Notes under the pieces: generated by a model
What the model saw: only the letters and a program-made list of their open reading frames with translations
Databases searched by the model: none
What the model was told of the DNA's origin: nothing
Translations under genes and position numbers: made by a program
DNA from: Oligoflexales bacterium
GTDB taxonomy: Bacteria; Bdellovibrionota_B; Oligoflexia; Oligoflexales; RGVZ01
NCBI GenBank assembly: GCA_044236265.1
Contig: JBIIGV010000007.1
Location: forward strand, 1 to 47,348
DNA: 47,348 bases
Direction of reading: 5' to 3'
Shown: one piece after another, positions 9,262-18,359 of the stretch
Numbering within the stretch: position 1 is the stretch's first letter
Layout: every line of letters starts with the position of its first letter

Positions 9262-10917
9262 ATGGGCCGTTGGTTTAATCATTATGAGCCGGGTGTTGCA
9301 AAAGAAGTTGATCTAAAAACCTATTCCTCTATTAATCATATATTCGAGGACACATTCAAAAAGTACGCTGTGGCACCTGCCTTCCACAATATGGGGACGA
9401 CCATAACTTTTGCTGAGCTAGATGAGCTCGGCAGCAAGTTTGGTGACTATTTGCAGAACGAATTAAAAATGGTGGCTGGTGATCGGATCGCTGTGATGAT
9501 GCCGAACATATTGCAGTATCCGATTGCAATGGTGGGTGCGATGAAAGCCGGTCTTGTGATCGTGAATTGCAACCCTCTTTATACGGCGCGCGAGCTTGAG
9601 CATCAGCTTAAGGATTCGGGGGCGAAGGCCATAGTTATTTTTGAAAACTCCGCAGCTATTCTTGAGAAAGTGCTTCCAAATACAAGTATCAAGCACGTCA
9701 TCACGACGCAAATCGGTGACATGCTCAAATTTCCGAAAAATCATATTGTAAATTTTGTCATAAAGAACGTGAAGAAGATGGTTCCCGCTTGGAGTATCTC
9801 ATCCGCTGTAAGCTTCAAGGATGCGTTGGCTAAAGGAGTGGCTGGACGTGTCAAGATACCAGCGCTGACTCACAAAGATCTTGCCTTTCTTCAATACACG
9901 GGTGGGACTACAGGCGTTTCCAAAGGCGCTGAATTGACCCACGGTAACATTGTGGCAAACATGCTACAGGCTCGCGAGTGGATCAAGAATTCGGTACGAC
10001 CGGGGGAGGAGATTATCATTACGCCGCTTCCTCTGTACCACATCTTCTCCTTAACAGCGAACTTCCTGGTTTTTGCTTCGATCGGTGGTCTTAACGTTCT
10101 GATTACGAATCCAAAGGATGTTCCGGGTTTCATCAAAGAGCTTAAGAAGTGGAAGTTCACCGCGATTACGGGTGTTAACAGTTTATTTAACCTTCTTTTG
10201 AACCATGATGATTTCAAGACAGTTGATTTTGGAGCTATGCGTCTCACCTTAGGTGGAGGGATGGCGGTTCAAAAAGCTGTTGCCGAGCGTTGGAAAGGGC
10301 TAACGAAAATTCCTTTGATTGAGGCATACGGACTCACGGAAACATCGCCAGCCGCTTGTATCAATCCTTTGACCAACAAAGAGTACAATGGTTATATCGG
10401 TATTCCGATTCCTTCGACCAAAGTGGCCATTCGTGATGACGATAACAAAGACTGTAAGCCCGGAGATGTCGGTGAAATTTGTATTCATGGTCCGCAAGTG
10501 ATGCGCGGGTACTGGCAGCGTCCTGATGAGACAGCAAAAGTTATGACCCCGGATGGCTATTTCAGGACGGGTGACCTTGGGTTTATGACCGATGACGGAT
10601 TTGTAAAAATTGTTGATCGTAAGAAAGACATGATCTTGGTTTCGGGCTTCAACGTTTATCCAAACGAAGTTGAAGACGTGATGATGGGGCATCCGAAGGT
10701 TGCAGAGTGCGCCGCTGTTGGAATTCCAGATGCTCACTCGGGCGAGGTCGTGAAGCTATTTGTTGTAAAGCGCGACCAGAGCTTAACGGAAGAAGAGCTT
10801 AAGGCTTATGCAAAGCAAAATCTGACGGGGTACAAGGTCCCAAAGGCGGTCGAATTCAGAAAAGATCTGCCTAAGTCAAATGTTGGAAAAATTTTGCGCA
10901 AGGAGCTGCGCGTTTAA
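9262..10917 (+). CDS. fadD: Long-chain-fatty-acid--CoA ligase
   Basis: LQYTGGTTGVSKG, YGLTETSP, RTGD, DRKKDMILVSGFNVYPNEVE, LPKSNVGKILR; GGAGGAG RBS. Confidence 0.93.
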   Translation: MGRWFNHYEPGVAKEVDLKTYSSINHIFEDTFKKYAVAPAFHNMGTTITFAELDELGSKFGDYLQNELKMVAGDRIAVMMPNILQYPIAMVGAMKAGLVIVNCNPLYTARELEHQLKDSGAKAIVIFENSAAILEKVLPNTSIKHVITTQIGDMLKFPKNHIVNFVIKNVKKMVPAWSISSAVSFKDALAKGVAGRVKIPALTHKDLAFLQYTGGTTGVSKGAELTHGNIVANMLQAREWIKNSVRPGEEIIITPLPLYHIFSLTANFLVFASIGGLNVLITNPKDVPGFIKELKKWKFTAITGVNSLFNLLLNHDDFKTVDFGAMRLTLGGGMAVQKAVAERWKGLTKIPLIEAYGLTETSPAACINPLTNKEYNGYIGIPIPSTKVAIRDDDNKDCKPGDVGEICIHGPQVMRGYWQRPDETAKVMTPDGYFRTGDLGFMTDDGFVKIVDRKKDMILVSGFNVYPNEVEDVMMGHPKVAECAAVGIPDAHSGEVVKLFVVKRDQSLTEEELKAYAKQNLTGYKVPKAVEFRKDLPKSNVGKILRKELRV

Positions 10918-10937
10918 ACGCAGCTGCTTATGTAAAG

Positions 10938-10979
10938 AAAAAAAATCGGCGCGGGGTTACCCGTGCCGTTTTTTTTTTT
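10938..10979. terminator. Bidirectional Rho-independent terminator between convergent fadD and small protein gene
   Basis: A8, CGGCGCGGG-gtta-CCCGTGCCG stem, T11. Confidence 0.88.
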
Positions 10980-10996
10980 AACTTATTTTGAATCAA

Positions 10997-11260
10997 TTAG
11001 CCGACGCGACGTCCAGACTTCGCTCCTGGCATGCACTGGGCGACCCAGCCATGAGCTGTTGCGGACTTGTAGCTGGCCGGAGCGCCTTCGGCCCACTCTG
11101 ACTCGCTCTTGAAGCGGCTTGCAAACTTCTTGCAGCGCTCGAGGGTCCATGCTGACTTCTTTTTAACGCGCTGATTGTGGACGTGGACAACTTCGCCAGC
11201 CTCGCCGTCAGCTTTCTTTTCTTTTTTTTCTTTTTTTGGCGCTTCTTTATTCTCTGACAT
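10997..11260 (-). CDS. Small basic protein with a single WT..C...A..F....W......SY..A...GW...CM repeat unit (putative nucleic-acid-binding)
   Basis: AAGGAG RBS, own terminator, Lys-rich N-tail; 87 aa. Confidence 0.8.
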   Translation of the reverse strand: MSENKEAPKKEKKEKKADGEAGEVVHVHNQRVKKKSAWTLERCKKFASRFKSESEWAEGAPASYKSATAHGWVAQCMPGAKSGRRVG

Positions 11261-11317
11261 GGTTCAACTCCTTTGTACCGTTGAGTGAAAACGGCAGAGT
11301 AACTGCCGTCCTGGAAG

Positions 11318-11344
11318 GTTTCGGCGTTCTGTCAGGGAACATGA
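11318..11344 (-). promoter_or_regulatory. sigma28-type promoter TCAT-N15-GCCGAAAC
   Basis: Minus strand TCATGTTCCCTGACAGAACGCCGAAAC, 58 nt upstream of ATG 11260. Confidence 0.5.
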
Positions 11345-11365
11345 GTTTTAGGAGTTTGGTGATTT

Positions 11366-11653
11366 TTAAAAAAGCGCCCTAAGACCATTAAGTTTCAGCA
11401 GGTTTTCGTAAACCCCATGCACTTCTGCGGCACTATTCAAAGTTAAGGAAAGGGTCAAGGCTAGATGCTGACCGGACTTTGATGGACGGGTTGAGTGCTG
11501 AAAATCACGATCATCGCCAAGAGAATTTAGTGCTAACGAAAGCGCATCAGCTACAAAATCCTCGCGATGGTCGCCGATGACTTTGAATATGTAAGGTCCG
11601 GGAAACGAGTGCTGAGACTCAATTAATTCTAAACTTGGAAGTTGTGGTGTCAT
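11366..11653 (-). CDS. DUF493/YbeD family protein
   Basis: FPGPYIFKVIG...RPSKSG...V HGVYENL pattern, 95 aa. Confidence 0.85.
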   Translation of the reverse strand: MTPQLPSLELIESQHSFPGPYIFKVIGDHREDFVADALSLALNSLGDDRDFQHSTRPSKSGQHLALTLSLTLNSAAEVHGVYENLLKLNGLRALF

Positions 11654-11674
11654 GAGCGATGGGCCTCGTTGTTA

Positions 11675-12715
11675 TTATTTCGTCAGGCGACCTGATGCGT
11701 GAGGTGTTCCTTCATGAAAGCCTGCCGGAGTGATCTCCATAAATTGGGCTTTTCTCTGCAGTTGCTTTATATTCAGGGCTCCGCAGTAGGTGAGGCCTGA
11801 GCGGATCCCTCCCATCACATCGAGGATGACGTTTTTTACTGGGCCTTTGGACAAGACTTCAACGGCAACGCCTTCAGCGGTTTTCCATTCAGCCATTCCA
11901 CCCATAAAGTCTTCCTGCGCCTCTCGTGACGCCATTCCACGGAAACGTTTAAGTTTGGTTTCAGATCCGTCGCTATTTTTGCGTGTCATGAATTCGCCAG
12001 GTGTTTCATCAGTTCCAGCCAGCATGCCACCCAACATGATAAAGTCAGCTCCTGCAGCTAATGCTTTGACGGCGTCTCCAGGTGATTTGATACCGCCGTC
12101 AGCGATAATACAGCGATCAACCTTGCGGCATTCTTGCAGCGCTGTCAGTTGGGGCACGCCAAAGCCTGTTTTGATGCGGGTTGAACAGACAGATCCCGGT
12201 CCAATTCCAACTTTTATAACGTCTGCGCCAGCAGCTGACAGGTAGTCGGCACCAGCATATGTTGCCACGTTACCTGCAATGATCATTATGTGTTGTCCCC
12301 ATTTTTCACGCAGTTGGCGAATGGTGCGGTTCACTTCCTTGCTGTGACCATGAGCAACGTCAACGCAAATAATCTCTGCTCCGGCACTGATAAGTGCCTC
12401 GGCGCGAGGTAAAGCCTCTTCACCGATGCCGATGCTGATTCCTGTTTTCTTCGGGTGTTTGAGGCGCTTGAACATCGCCACATTTTCTTCAATCGACATG
12501 AATCTATGTAGAATCGCCATGCCACCGAAATCTGTCATGGCGTTGGCCATGGTCTCACCGGTTACGGTGTCCATATTGGCACTGATCATGGGAATTTCGA
12601 AAGTGCGCCCGGCAACCGTAACACTCGTAGTCACATCCTGACGCGACCGGATGCCGTTGTACCCAGGAACGAGCATCACATCATCAAAGGTAAGACCGCG
12701 AATATTGGACATCAT
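11675..12715 (-). CDS. IMPDH/GMP reductase family protein lacking CBS domains; GMP reductase more likely
   Basis: LTFDDV, SANMDTVT, VDVAHGHS, GNVAT, KVGIGPGSVCSTR, IADGGI, RGMAS; GGGAGGG RBS before ATG 12715. Confidence 0.88.
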   Translation of the reverse strand: MMSNIRGLTFDDVMLVPGYNGIRSRQDVTTSVTVAGRTFEIPMISANMDTVTGETMANAMTDFGGMAILHRFMSIEENVAMFKRLKHPKKTGISIGIGEEALPRAEALISAGAEIICVDVAHGHSKEVNRTIRQLREKWGQHIMIIAGNVATYAGADYLSAAGADVIKVGIGPGSVCSTRIKTGFGVPQLTALQECRKVDRCIIADGGIKSPGDAVKALAAGADFIMLGGMLAGTDETPGEFMTRKNSDGSETKLKRFRGMASREAQEDFMGGMAEWKTAEGVAVEVLSKGPVKNVILDVMGGIRSGLTYCGALNIKQLQRKAQFMEITPAGFHEGTPHASGRLTK

Positions 12716-13074
12716 AAAAGATAACCCTCCCGGGTTTGAATCGTGCGTTATTAAAATTACGGGTGTTTTTATTAAAAATCCTTGTCTCCCGTCAATATTA
12801 AAAGAAGCGAGGCCGTTTGAAGGGCGCAAAGGCTCTGACTGGGTAAATTGGGGGCCGATGGAGCGTTTTGAATATTTATTAACATACTGAAATTATTGAA
12901 TAAATATTAAAATTGGGCGGTTTGTTAAAAAACTCTCAATTTTAGTAAACCCCCTTCCGAGGGGATTAATGGGAGGAAGCGTCTACGAGCAGAGCAACGT
13001 CTAATGGTCGGTGATCTCTGCCAACAAGCGCAAACCCTCAGAGTTTGTGGGAATTTCGGTCGCATTTAGAGGTG

Positions 13075-13083
13075 TGCTATACT
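13075..13083 (+). promoter_or_regulatory. Extended -10 (TGcTATACT) sigma70-type element for 13127 gene
   Basis: TGnTATACT 43 nt upstream of ATG 13127. Confidence 0.5.
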
Positions 13084-13126
13084 GATTTAAGTCCTTGTCC
13101 TGGTTAGGAGTTATGTTGGAGGTTCT

Positions 13127-14626
13127 ATGCGACTTCGGTTCAACATCGTCGCAACCCTTGTTGGAGCATCTCTGCTACTGTCGGCAGGCTGCAGAAGCAG
13201 CTTACGATCGAAGTTGAGTGAGGCGACCGGCTGGGCAAGCGACTCCATGCGCAAATCACGTGGGGTTTGGTATGTTGAGGCTGATCAAACGATTCACGTG
13301 GGCGCATGTCCATCAATCGTCTCTCAACCAAGACGCTCCTGTCCTGGAATCGTTGAAGAGTCTACTCCCATAAATCTTTCCGAGTATGAACTCCGTCTGA
13401 AGCAGGCTGTAATTAACTTCCGTGCTCCAGGAGCTCCGATTGTCATGTCTGAGCCGAGTTTGATTCTCATGCAAGCGATGGCGCAGCTATCCTCAGACGA
13501 GGAGGCTCGCGTTGCTGCTGTTTTGGAGCAAATAACGACATCAAAAGATGGTTTCTTTGACGCGGCTCATCGTAATTATCGTTTTGCTTTAGCGCCGTTC
13601 ATTCCCATGGGTGGGGCTATTGATGCGGTGTGGCCAACCAAGGCTCAATTATTGGCGTCCAGCACAACACGAAAAAACCTTGGATTGGTGACTCCGGCGC
13701 ACATTTTCAAGTTTGATGGTCCAGTTGCGGAGCGATCGGTCGTGCTTGACGACGGAACAGTCGTTACAGCCGTCGGCTCATCAATTATATGGTTAAAATC
13801 TGGTACTAAACGTTATGAGTTCAAGACTCGTGATTTGATCGGATCCTCTCCTGCTTTGCTCGGGGATGGCACGGTTGTCGTTTCTCGTGGTCAGAAGGTT
13901 TATTGGCTTAAGAACGGTGAGAAGCGTTTTGAATATACAACGTCAGGTGATGTTTTATCATCTCCAGCGGTCCTTTCGGACGGAACGATTGTTATTGGTT
14001 CAGATGATCACAAAGTTTACTGGCTGAAGAATGGAGAGAAAGAAGATGAGTTTGCTACGGGTGGTCCCGTTCGCTCATCGCCAGCGGTTTTGGCCGATGA
14101 TACTGTTGTGATTGGATCTAAGGATCGTAAAGTGTACTGGCTAAAGGATGGCGAAAAGAAATTTGAATTTGAGACTGGCGATGCAGTTACCGGTTCGGCA
14201 GCAATATTGGCAGATGGAACAGCTGTCGTCGGCTCCCTGGACGATCATGTCTACTGGTTAAAGGACGGCGTCAAACGTTTTGACTTTAAAACCGGAGGTG
14301 ATGTGCGATCATCACCGGCTGTTCTTTCAGATGGCTCCGTGGTCGTCGGTTCTGATGATTATGTGTTGTATTGGCTAAAAGACGGGGCAAAAACATACGA
14401 GTTTCAGGGCTTGGTGCGGTCAGCTCCAGTGGTGTTGTCGGATGATACCATCGTCGTCGGAGTTGGAATTTCAATTCATTGGCTGAAGAATGGTATTTCC
14501 CGTTTTGATTACAAGAGTCAGGGCGAAACCTACGGAAGTCCCGTTGTGTTAACCGATGGCAGTGTTGTCGTTGGGGCGGATAACGGACGTAAGTTCGACA
14601 ACGGTCGGATCTTCTGGCTTGAATAA
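13127..14626 (+). CDS. Lipoprotein with C-terminal 8-bladed PQQ-like/BamB-like beta-propeller
   Basis: Lipobox LSAGC; eight ~37-39-aa repeats SSPAVLxDGTxVxGSxDxxVYWLKxG. Confidence 0.85.
   Translation: MRLRFNIVATLVGASLLLSAGCRSSLRSKLSEATGWASDSMRKSRGVWYVEADQTIHVGACPSIVSQPRRSCPGIVEESTPINLSEYELRLKQAVINFRAPGAPIVMSEPSLILMQAMAQLSSDEEARVAAVLEQITTSKDGFFDAAHRNYRFALAPFIPMGGAIDAVWPTKAQLLASSTTRKNLGLVTPAHIFKFDGPVAERSVVLDDGTVVTAVGSSIIWLKSGTKRYEFKTRDLIGSSPALLGDGTVVVSRGQKVYWLKNGEKRFEYTTSGDVLSSPAVLSDGTIVIGSDDHKVYWLKNGEKEDEFATGGPVRSSPAVLADDTVVIGSKDRKVYWLKDGEKKFEFETGDAVTGSAAILADGTAVVGSLDDHVYWLKDGVKRFDFKTGGDVRSSPAVLSDGSVVVGSDDYVLYWLKDGAKTYEFQGLVRSAPVVLSDDTIVVGVGISIHWLKNGISRFDYKSQGETYGSPVVLTDGSVVVGADNGRKFDNGRIFWLE
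13706..14623 (+). repeat. Eight coding tandem repeats (~111-117 nt) encoding propeller blades
   Basis: Repeated WLK(N/D)G and SSPAVL motifs; synonymous divergence at DNA level. Confidence 0.8.
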
Positions 14627-14670
14627 TTTTTGATATTTGATTGTCCACACTTTTCTGAAAGGGATGTCAG

Positions 14671-16251
14671 ATGAGGAAGACGTTTATTATCTTCGCAATC
14701 ACAGGCGTATTGTTGAACATCGCCCTAGGTTTTGTATGGTTTCCTGGTCTTTATGGACTTGTCTTTTTGGTGCCAATTGTTGGTGTTGGCATTTATGATA
14801 TGATTCAGCCACACCACTCTATACGACGAAACTTTCCTGTATTAGGTCGGGCACGTTGGATATTAGAGATGGTCCGACCTGAGATTCAGCAGTATTTTAT
14901 TGAGAGTAATACTGATGGTCGCCCATTTAGTAGAGAGCGACGGTCGCTAATTTATCAGCGTGCAAAAAACGATATTGCAACGTTGCCGTTTGGAACCCAG
15001 CTTGACGTTTATGAAACGGGTTATGAATGGGTTAACCATAGTCTCGCTCCCAAACATGTCAAACCTGAAAATCTTCGAGTATCTGTAGGGGGTCCTGCGT
15101 GTAAACAACCTTATAACGCGTCCATCTTGAATATTTCAGCGATGAGTTTTGGAGCGCTTAGCAAGAACGCTGTCCTTGCCCTCAATGGCGGGGCGAAGAT
15201 GGGTGGATTTGCACATTGTACGGGTGAGGGTGGCCTTTCGCCGTATCATCTCGAGCCTGGAGGCGACATCATTTGGAATATTGGTACGGGATACTTTTCA
15301 TGTCGAACTCCTGATGGACGATTTGATCCCGAACGATTTGCAGAGCGCGCATCGCTTCCCAATGTAAAAATGATCGAGCTTAAGTTGTCACAAGGCGCAA
15401 AGCCTGGACACGGTGGCATCCTTCCTGCAAAAAAGCTGACTCCGGAGATCGCAGCAATCCGCGGCGTACCAATGGGGCAGGATGTTCTATCGCCTCCAGC
15501 TCACACGGCGTTCAAAGATCCCATTGGGCTATTGAAGTTCATTGAGCAATTGCGCACCCTAAGTGGCGGTAAGCCGACAGGCTTTAAGTTGTGTTTGGGT
15601 AAACGTCGCGAGTTTTTATCTATCTGTAAGGCCATGGTCGAGACGGGAATTGTTCCGGATTATATTGCCATCGATGGGGGGGAGGGGGGCACCGGTGCTG
15701 CACCTCTTGAGTTCTCAAATCATGTGGGTAGTCCGCTGAATGAATCATTGGTTTTTGTACACAACGCCTTGGTCGGCATCGGCGTGCGAAAGCAGATCCG
15801 TCTTTGGGTGTCTGGGCGGATAACAACTGGTTTTGATATCGTCTCAAAAATCTGTATGGGTGCTGACGTGTGTTACTCGGCGCGTGCGATGATGATGGCT
15901 TTGGGTTGTATTCAAGCGCTGCACTGCAATACGAACAAATGCCCCACGGGAGTCGCTACGCAAAATCCTTGGTTGGTACGAGGGCTTGTTGTCGATGATA
16001 AAAAGACGCGTGTCCGCAACTTTCATCATGCCACTCTAGAATCCGTTGCGGAGATGATTGGTGCGATGGGTTGCACATCGACCGCAGAGCTTAGGCCGTG
16101 GCATCTTATGCGTCGCTTTGGTCCGTTTGAAGTGAAGCACTACGGTGAGATTTTTGACTACTTAAATGATGGCGATCTTCTTTCGGCAACTCCACCAAAA
16201 GCTTTTGCCCGCGCTTGGAGTGTTGCCCGCGCAGACTCATTCGATTCATAG
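14671..16251 (+). CDS. FMN-binding glutamate synthase family protein (single subunit, N-terminal TM)
   Basis: ISAMSFGALS, TGEGG, ELKLSQGAKPGHGG, DGGEGGTGAAP, CIQALHCNTNKCPTGVATQ. Confidence 0.92.
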   Translation: MRKTFIIFAITGVLLNIALGFVWFPGLYGLVFLVPIVGVGIYDMIQPHHSIRRNFPVLGRARWILEMVRPEIQQYFIESNTDGRPFSRERRSLIYQRAKNDIATLPFGTQLDVYETGYEWVNHSLAPKHVKPENLRVSVGGPACKQPYNASILNISAMSFGALSKNAVLALNGGAKMGGFAHCTGEGGLSPYHLEPGGDIIWNIGTGYFSCRTPDGRFDPERFAERASLPNVKMIELKLSQGAKPGHGGILPAKKLTPEIAAIRGVPMGQDVLSPPAHTAFKDPIGLLKFIEQLRTLSGGKPTGFKLCLGKRREFLSICKAMVETGIVPDYIAIDGGEGGTGAAPLEFSNHVGSPLNESLVFVHNALVGIGVRKQIRLWVSGRITTGFDIVSKICMGADVCYSARAMMMALGCIQALHCNTNKCPTGVATQNPWLVRGLVVDDKKTRVRNFHHATLESVAEMIGAMGCTSTAELRPWHLMRRFGPFEVKHYGEIFDYLNDGDLLSATPPKAFARAWSVARADSFDS

Positions 16252-16259
16252 ATTTGGCG

Positions 16260-16328
16260 ATTTGGGGACACACGACCAAACCCAAATTGCTTAAAAAATA
16301 GTTTGGGTTTGGTCGTGTGTCCCCAAAT
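16260..16328. repeat. Perfect 27-bp inverted repeat with 15-nt spacer (REP/REPIN-like) between convergent genes
   Basis: ATTTGGGGACACACGACCAAACCCAAA (16260-16286) and its exact reverse complement (16302-16328). Confidence 0.9.
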
Positions 16329-16341
16329 TGATCGAAGTGAG

Positions 16342-17271
16342 CTAGTGTTCGTAGCCTTGAACCGCTAGAGACGAGGCGGGTTCACCAGTTAGAGGAATGA
16401 TTTTTACTCCTCTGCCTGCGGTCACAGTCCCGATTTGTCTGATGCCACATTCAAACGGAAAACGTTTTGCTATGGTTTGCGCATCGGCTTTACTGCAAGT
16501 AAACACCAACTCAAAATCCTCACCATCACAAAGTGCCGCTCTAAGTTCGGTTTCAGTAGCAGGTGCGGTGCCGACAACTTGTTTTGCATCGATTGTGATT
16601 TCAACGCCGCTAGATTCTGCAAGGCGTGGTAAATCAGTTGCAAGACCGTCTGAGAGGTCCATCATGCTGTGGATTTTGAAATGATCCATGAGCCAGCGTG
16701 CTTCTTGAAGGCGCGGACGAAAGCGTAAGTGTCGCCCTGTTTCAAGACTGTGGCCCAGGGATTTTCCAGTGATGAGAGCGCAGTCTCCAGCTTGCGCACC
16801 GGATCGTGTCACAGCCCCACGCCAATGGGGAATCCCTGTTACGCAGACGTTTACGACAAGAGGGCCTCTCCAACTATTGGTATCACCTCCATCAATTCCA
16901 CATTGGAACTCACGTGCGGTGGCTGCCGCTCCAATCATCAGGCGCTCAATCCATTCCCTTGCTGTATTGCGTGGAATACCTAGAGAAATAAAGACACTTT
17001 GAGGCCACCCGCCCATAGCAGCAATGTCACTGAGATTGGCAGCTACAGCCTTTCTGCCGATTAACTCCGGCGTGGTTTCTAGAGCGAGAAAGTGTGTTCC
17101 ATCCAAAAACATGTCAGTTGCAACGAGCACGCCGCGATCAGTCGTGCTTAAGAGAGCTGCGTCGTCGCCGTTAGGAATCAGAGCAGACTTCGAAATTGGC
17201 ATCGAGTTGTGAAGCCAGCGCAGGAATTCTCCTTCGCCAAAGGATTGACCAGGGGGTTGTTTGTCAGCCAT
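16342..17271 (-). CDS. thiL: Thiamine-monophosphate kinase
   Basis: GDDAA, DGTHF, ANLSDIAAMGG, GGDT, MMDLSDGLATDL, GEDFELVFT, terminal GYEH. Confidence 0.95.
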   Translation of the reverse strand: MADKQPPGQSFGEGEFLRWLHNSMPISKSALIPNGDDAALLSTTDRGVLVATDMFLDGTHFLALETTPELIGRKAVAANLSDIAAMGGWPQSVFISLGIPRNTAREWIERLMIGAAATAREFQCGIDGGDTNSWRGPLVVNVCVTGIPHWRGAVTRSGAQAGDCALITGKSLGHSLETGRHLRFRPRLQEARWLMDHFKIHSMMDLSDGLATDLPRLAESSGVEITIDAKQVVGTAPATETELRAALCDGEDFELVFTCSKADAQTIAKRFPFECGIRQIGTVTAGRGVKIIPLTGEPASSLAVQGYEH

Positions 17272-17289
17272 GGATTGCGCGCTCCCATT

Positions 17290-18174
17290 TTATGTTGACG
17301 GTGTCACTCCAATGCCTCGAAAAAGCTCCGGAAGCCTGTCGAGTTTGATGGGGGACGCATCGGGCGTCAAGCCGGCAAGATTCGCCACAATGCCCCTCAA
17401 TTCATCGGCACCCAAGGGAGTGTGGCTATAAGATTTTAAACTTTCTGAAAGTATCCGTTTGCTAAGTTTTTGACCCGTGGGATTTGCAATAAGAGGGTGA
17501 TGTATAAAAATAGGCACAGTCGCATCAGGCTTGATTAATTTGCGCATGGCAAGCTGTCGCCCAGTACTTGAAAGAAGATCTTCGCCGCGGATGATCAAAT
17601 TAATACCTTGCTCAAGATCGTCGATCACAACCGCAAATTGGTACGTCCATTGTTTTAGTCGATCGCGAACGACGACATCACCACACTGATGCGCAGGGTT
17701 CTGATTTATAGGTCCTTTCATGCAATCGATTAAAGAGAATGACTCCTCCGGTATGACGAGCCGCAGGCAGGTTCCTTGTTGATCGAGGGGGATTTTGCGC
17801 CCCCTACAGGTTCCTGGGTACGTCAATTCGCCTGAATTTTGACCAATGCTACTTTGAACATCCTTCCGACTGCACGAACAGGCGTAAATCAGATGTCTTC
17901 TCATCAAATCCTCAAGATGTTTCCTGTATACGTCGTCGCGGTGACTTTGGCGCCAAAGGCCCTTTGGGACGTTAAAGCCGAGCCATGCGAGATCTTCACA
18001 GATGGAGGCTTCGAATTCTGGGCGACAGCGACTGTGGTCGTGGTCTTCCATCCGCAGAACGATGTCTGCGCCAAGATTGGCGGCAATGCCTTGGACGTAC
18101 ATTAGATGAAGGACGTGACCAAGATGCAGATGGCCGGTTGGGCTTGGAGCTAAGCGCGTGTGCAGGGAGCTCAT
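17290..18174 (-). CDS. gluQ: Glutamyl-Q tRNA(Asp) synthetase (GluRS catalytic domain only)
   Basis: RLAPSPTGHLHLGH, LRMEDHD, CxC...YPGTC zinc motif, YQFAVVIDD, RGEDL, KLSKR; 294 aa, no anticodon-binding domain. Confidence 0.88.
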   Translation of the reverse strand: MSSLHTRLAPSPTGHLHLGHVLHLMYVQGIAANLGADIVLRMEDHDHSRCRPEFEASICEDLAWLGFNVPKGLWRQSHRDDVYRKHLEDLMRRHLIYACSCSRKDVQSSIGQNSGELTYPGTCRGRKIPLDQQGTCLRLVIPEESFSLIDCMKGPINQNPAHQCGDVVVRDRLKQWTYQFAVVIDDLEQGINLIIRGEDLLSSTGRQLAMRKLIKPDATVPIFIHHPLIANPTGQKLSKRILSESLKSYSHTPLGADELRGIVANLAGLTPDASPIKLDRLPELFRGIGVTPST

Positions 18175-18359
18175 GAGTTCTCCTTGATATGTGGCTGATT
18201 TTAAATGGTTTTAGCACTCTTCGCCAGGCTTTCAGCGAGTATTTGGGGAGTGGCGTTTGTCGCCTGATTTACAGGTTTCAAGGGTTTGCAAAAGTTTACG
18301 GCAGTGATATGGTCCCTAACCCCTGATGGGCGCGGGCCTCAGGACTTAAAGGTAAAGTT

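Noticed and set aside
11790..12245. Long antisense/alternate-frame ORFs (also 29660..30166, 37610..38029, 40606..41016, 43721..44224 and others)
   Set aside because: Shadow ORFs of well-supported genes; no motifs or RBS
12791..12862. c-di-GMP-I riboswitch-like words (CAATATTAAA...GCGAG...GGGCGCAAAG...GCCGATGG)
   Set aside because: No pairing around the GCGA tetraloop and no P3/receptor stem; needs Infernal, not supportable by eye
13706..14623. CRISPR array or DGR template/variable repeat
   Set aside because: Repeats are in-frame protein blades with synonymous divergence; no spacers, cas or reverse transcriptase
17290..18174. Truncated gltX pseudogene
   Set aside because: Length and CxC...Y...C motif fit intact GluQ-RS
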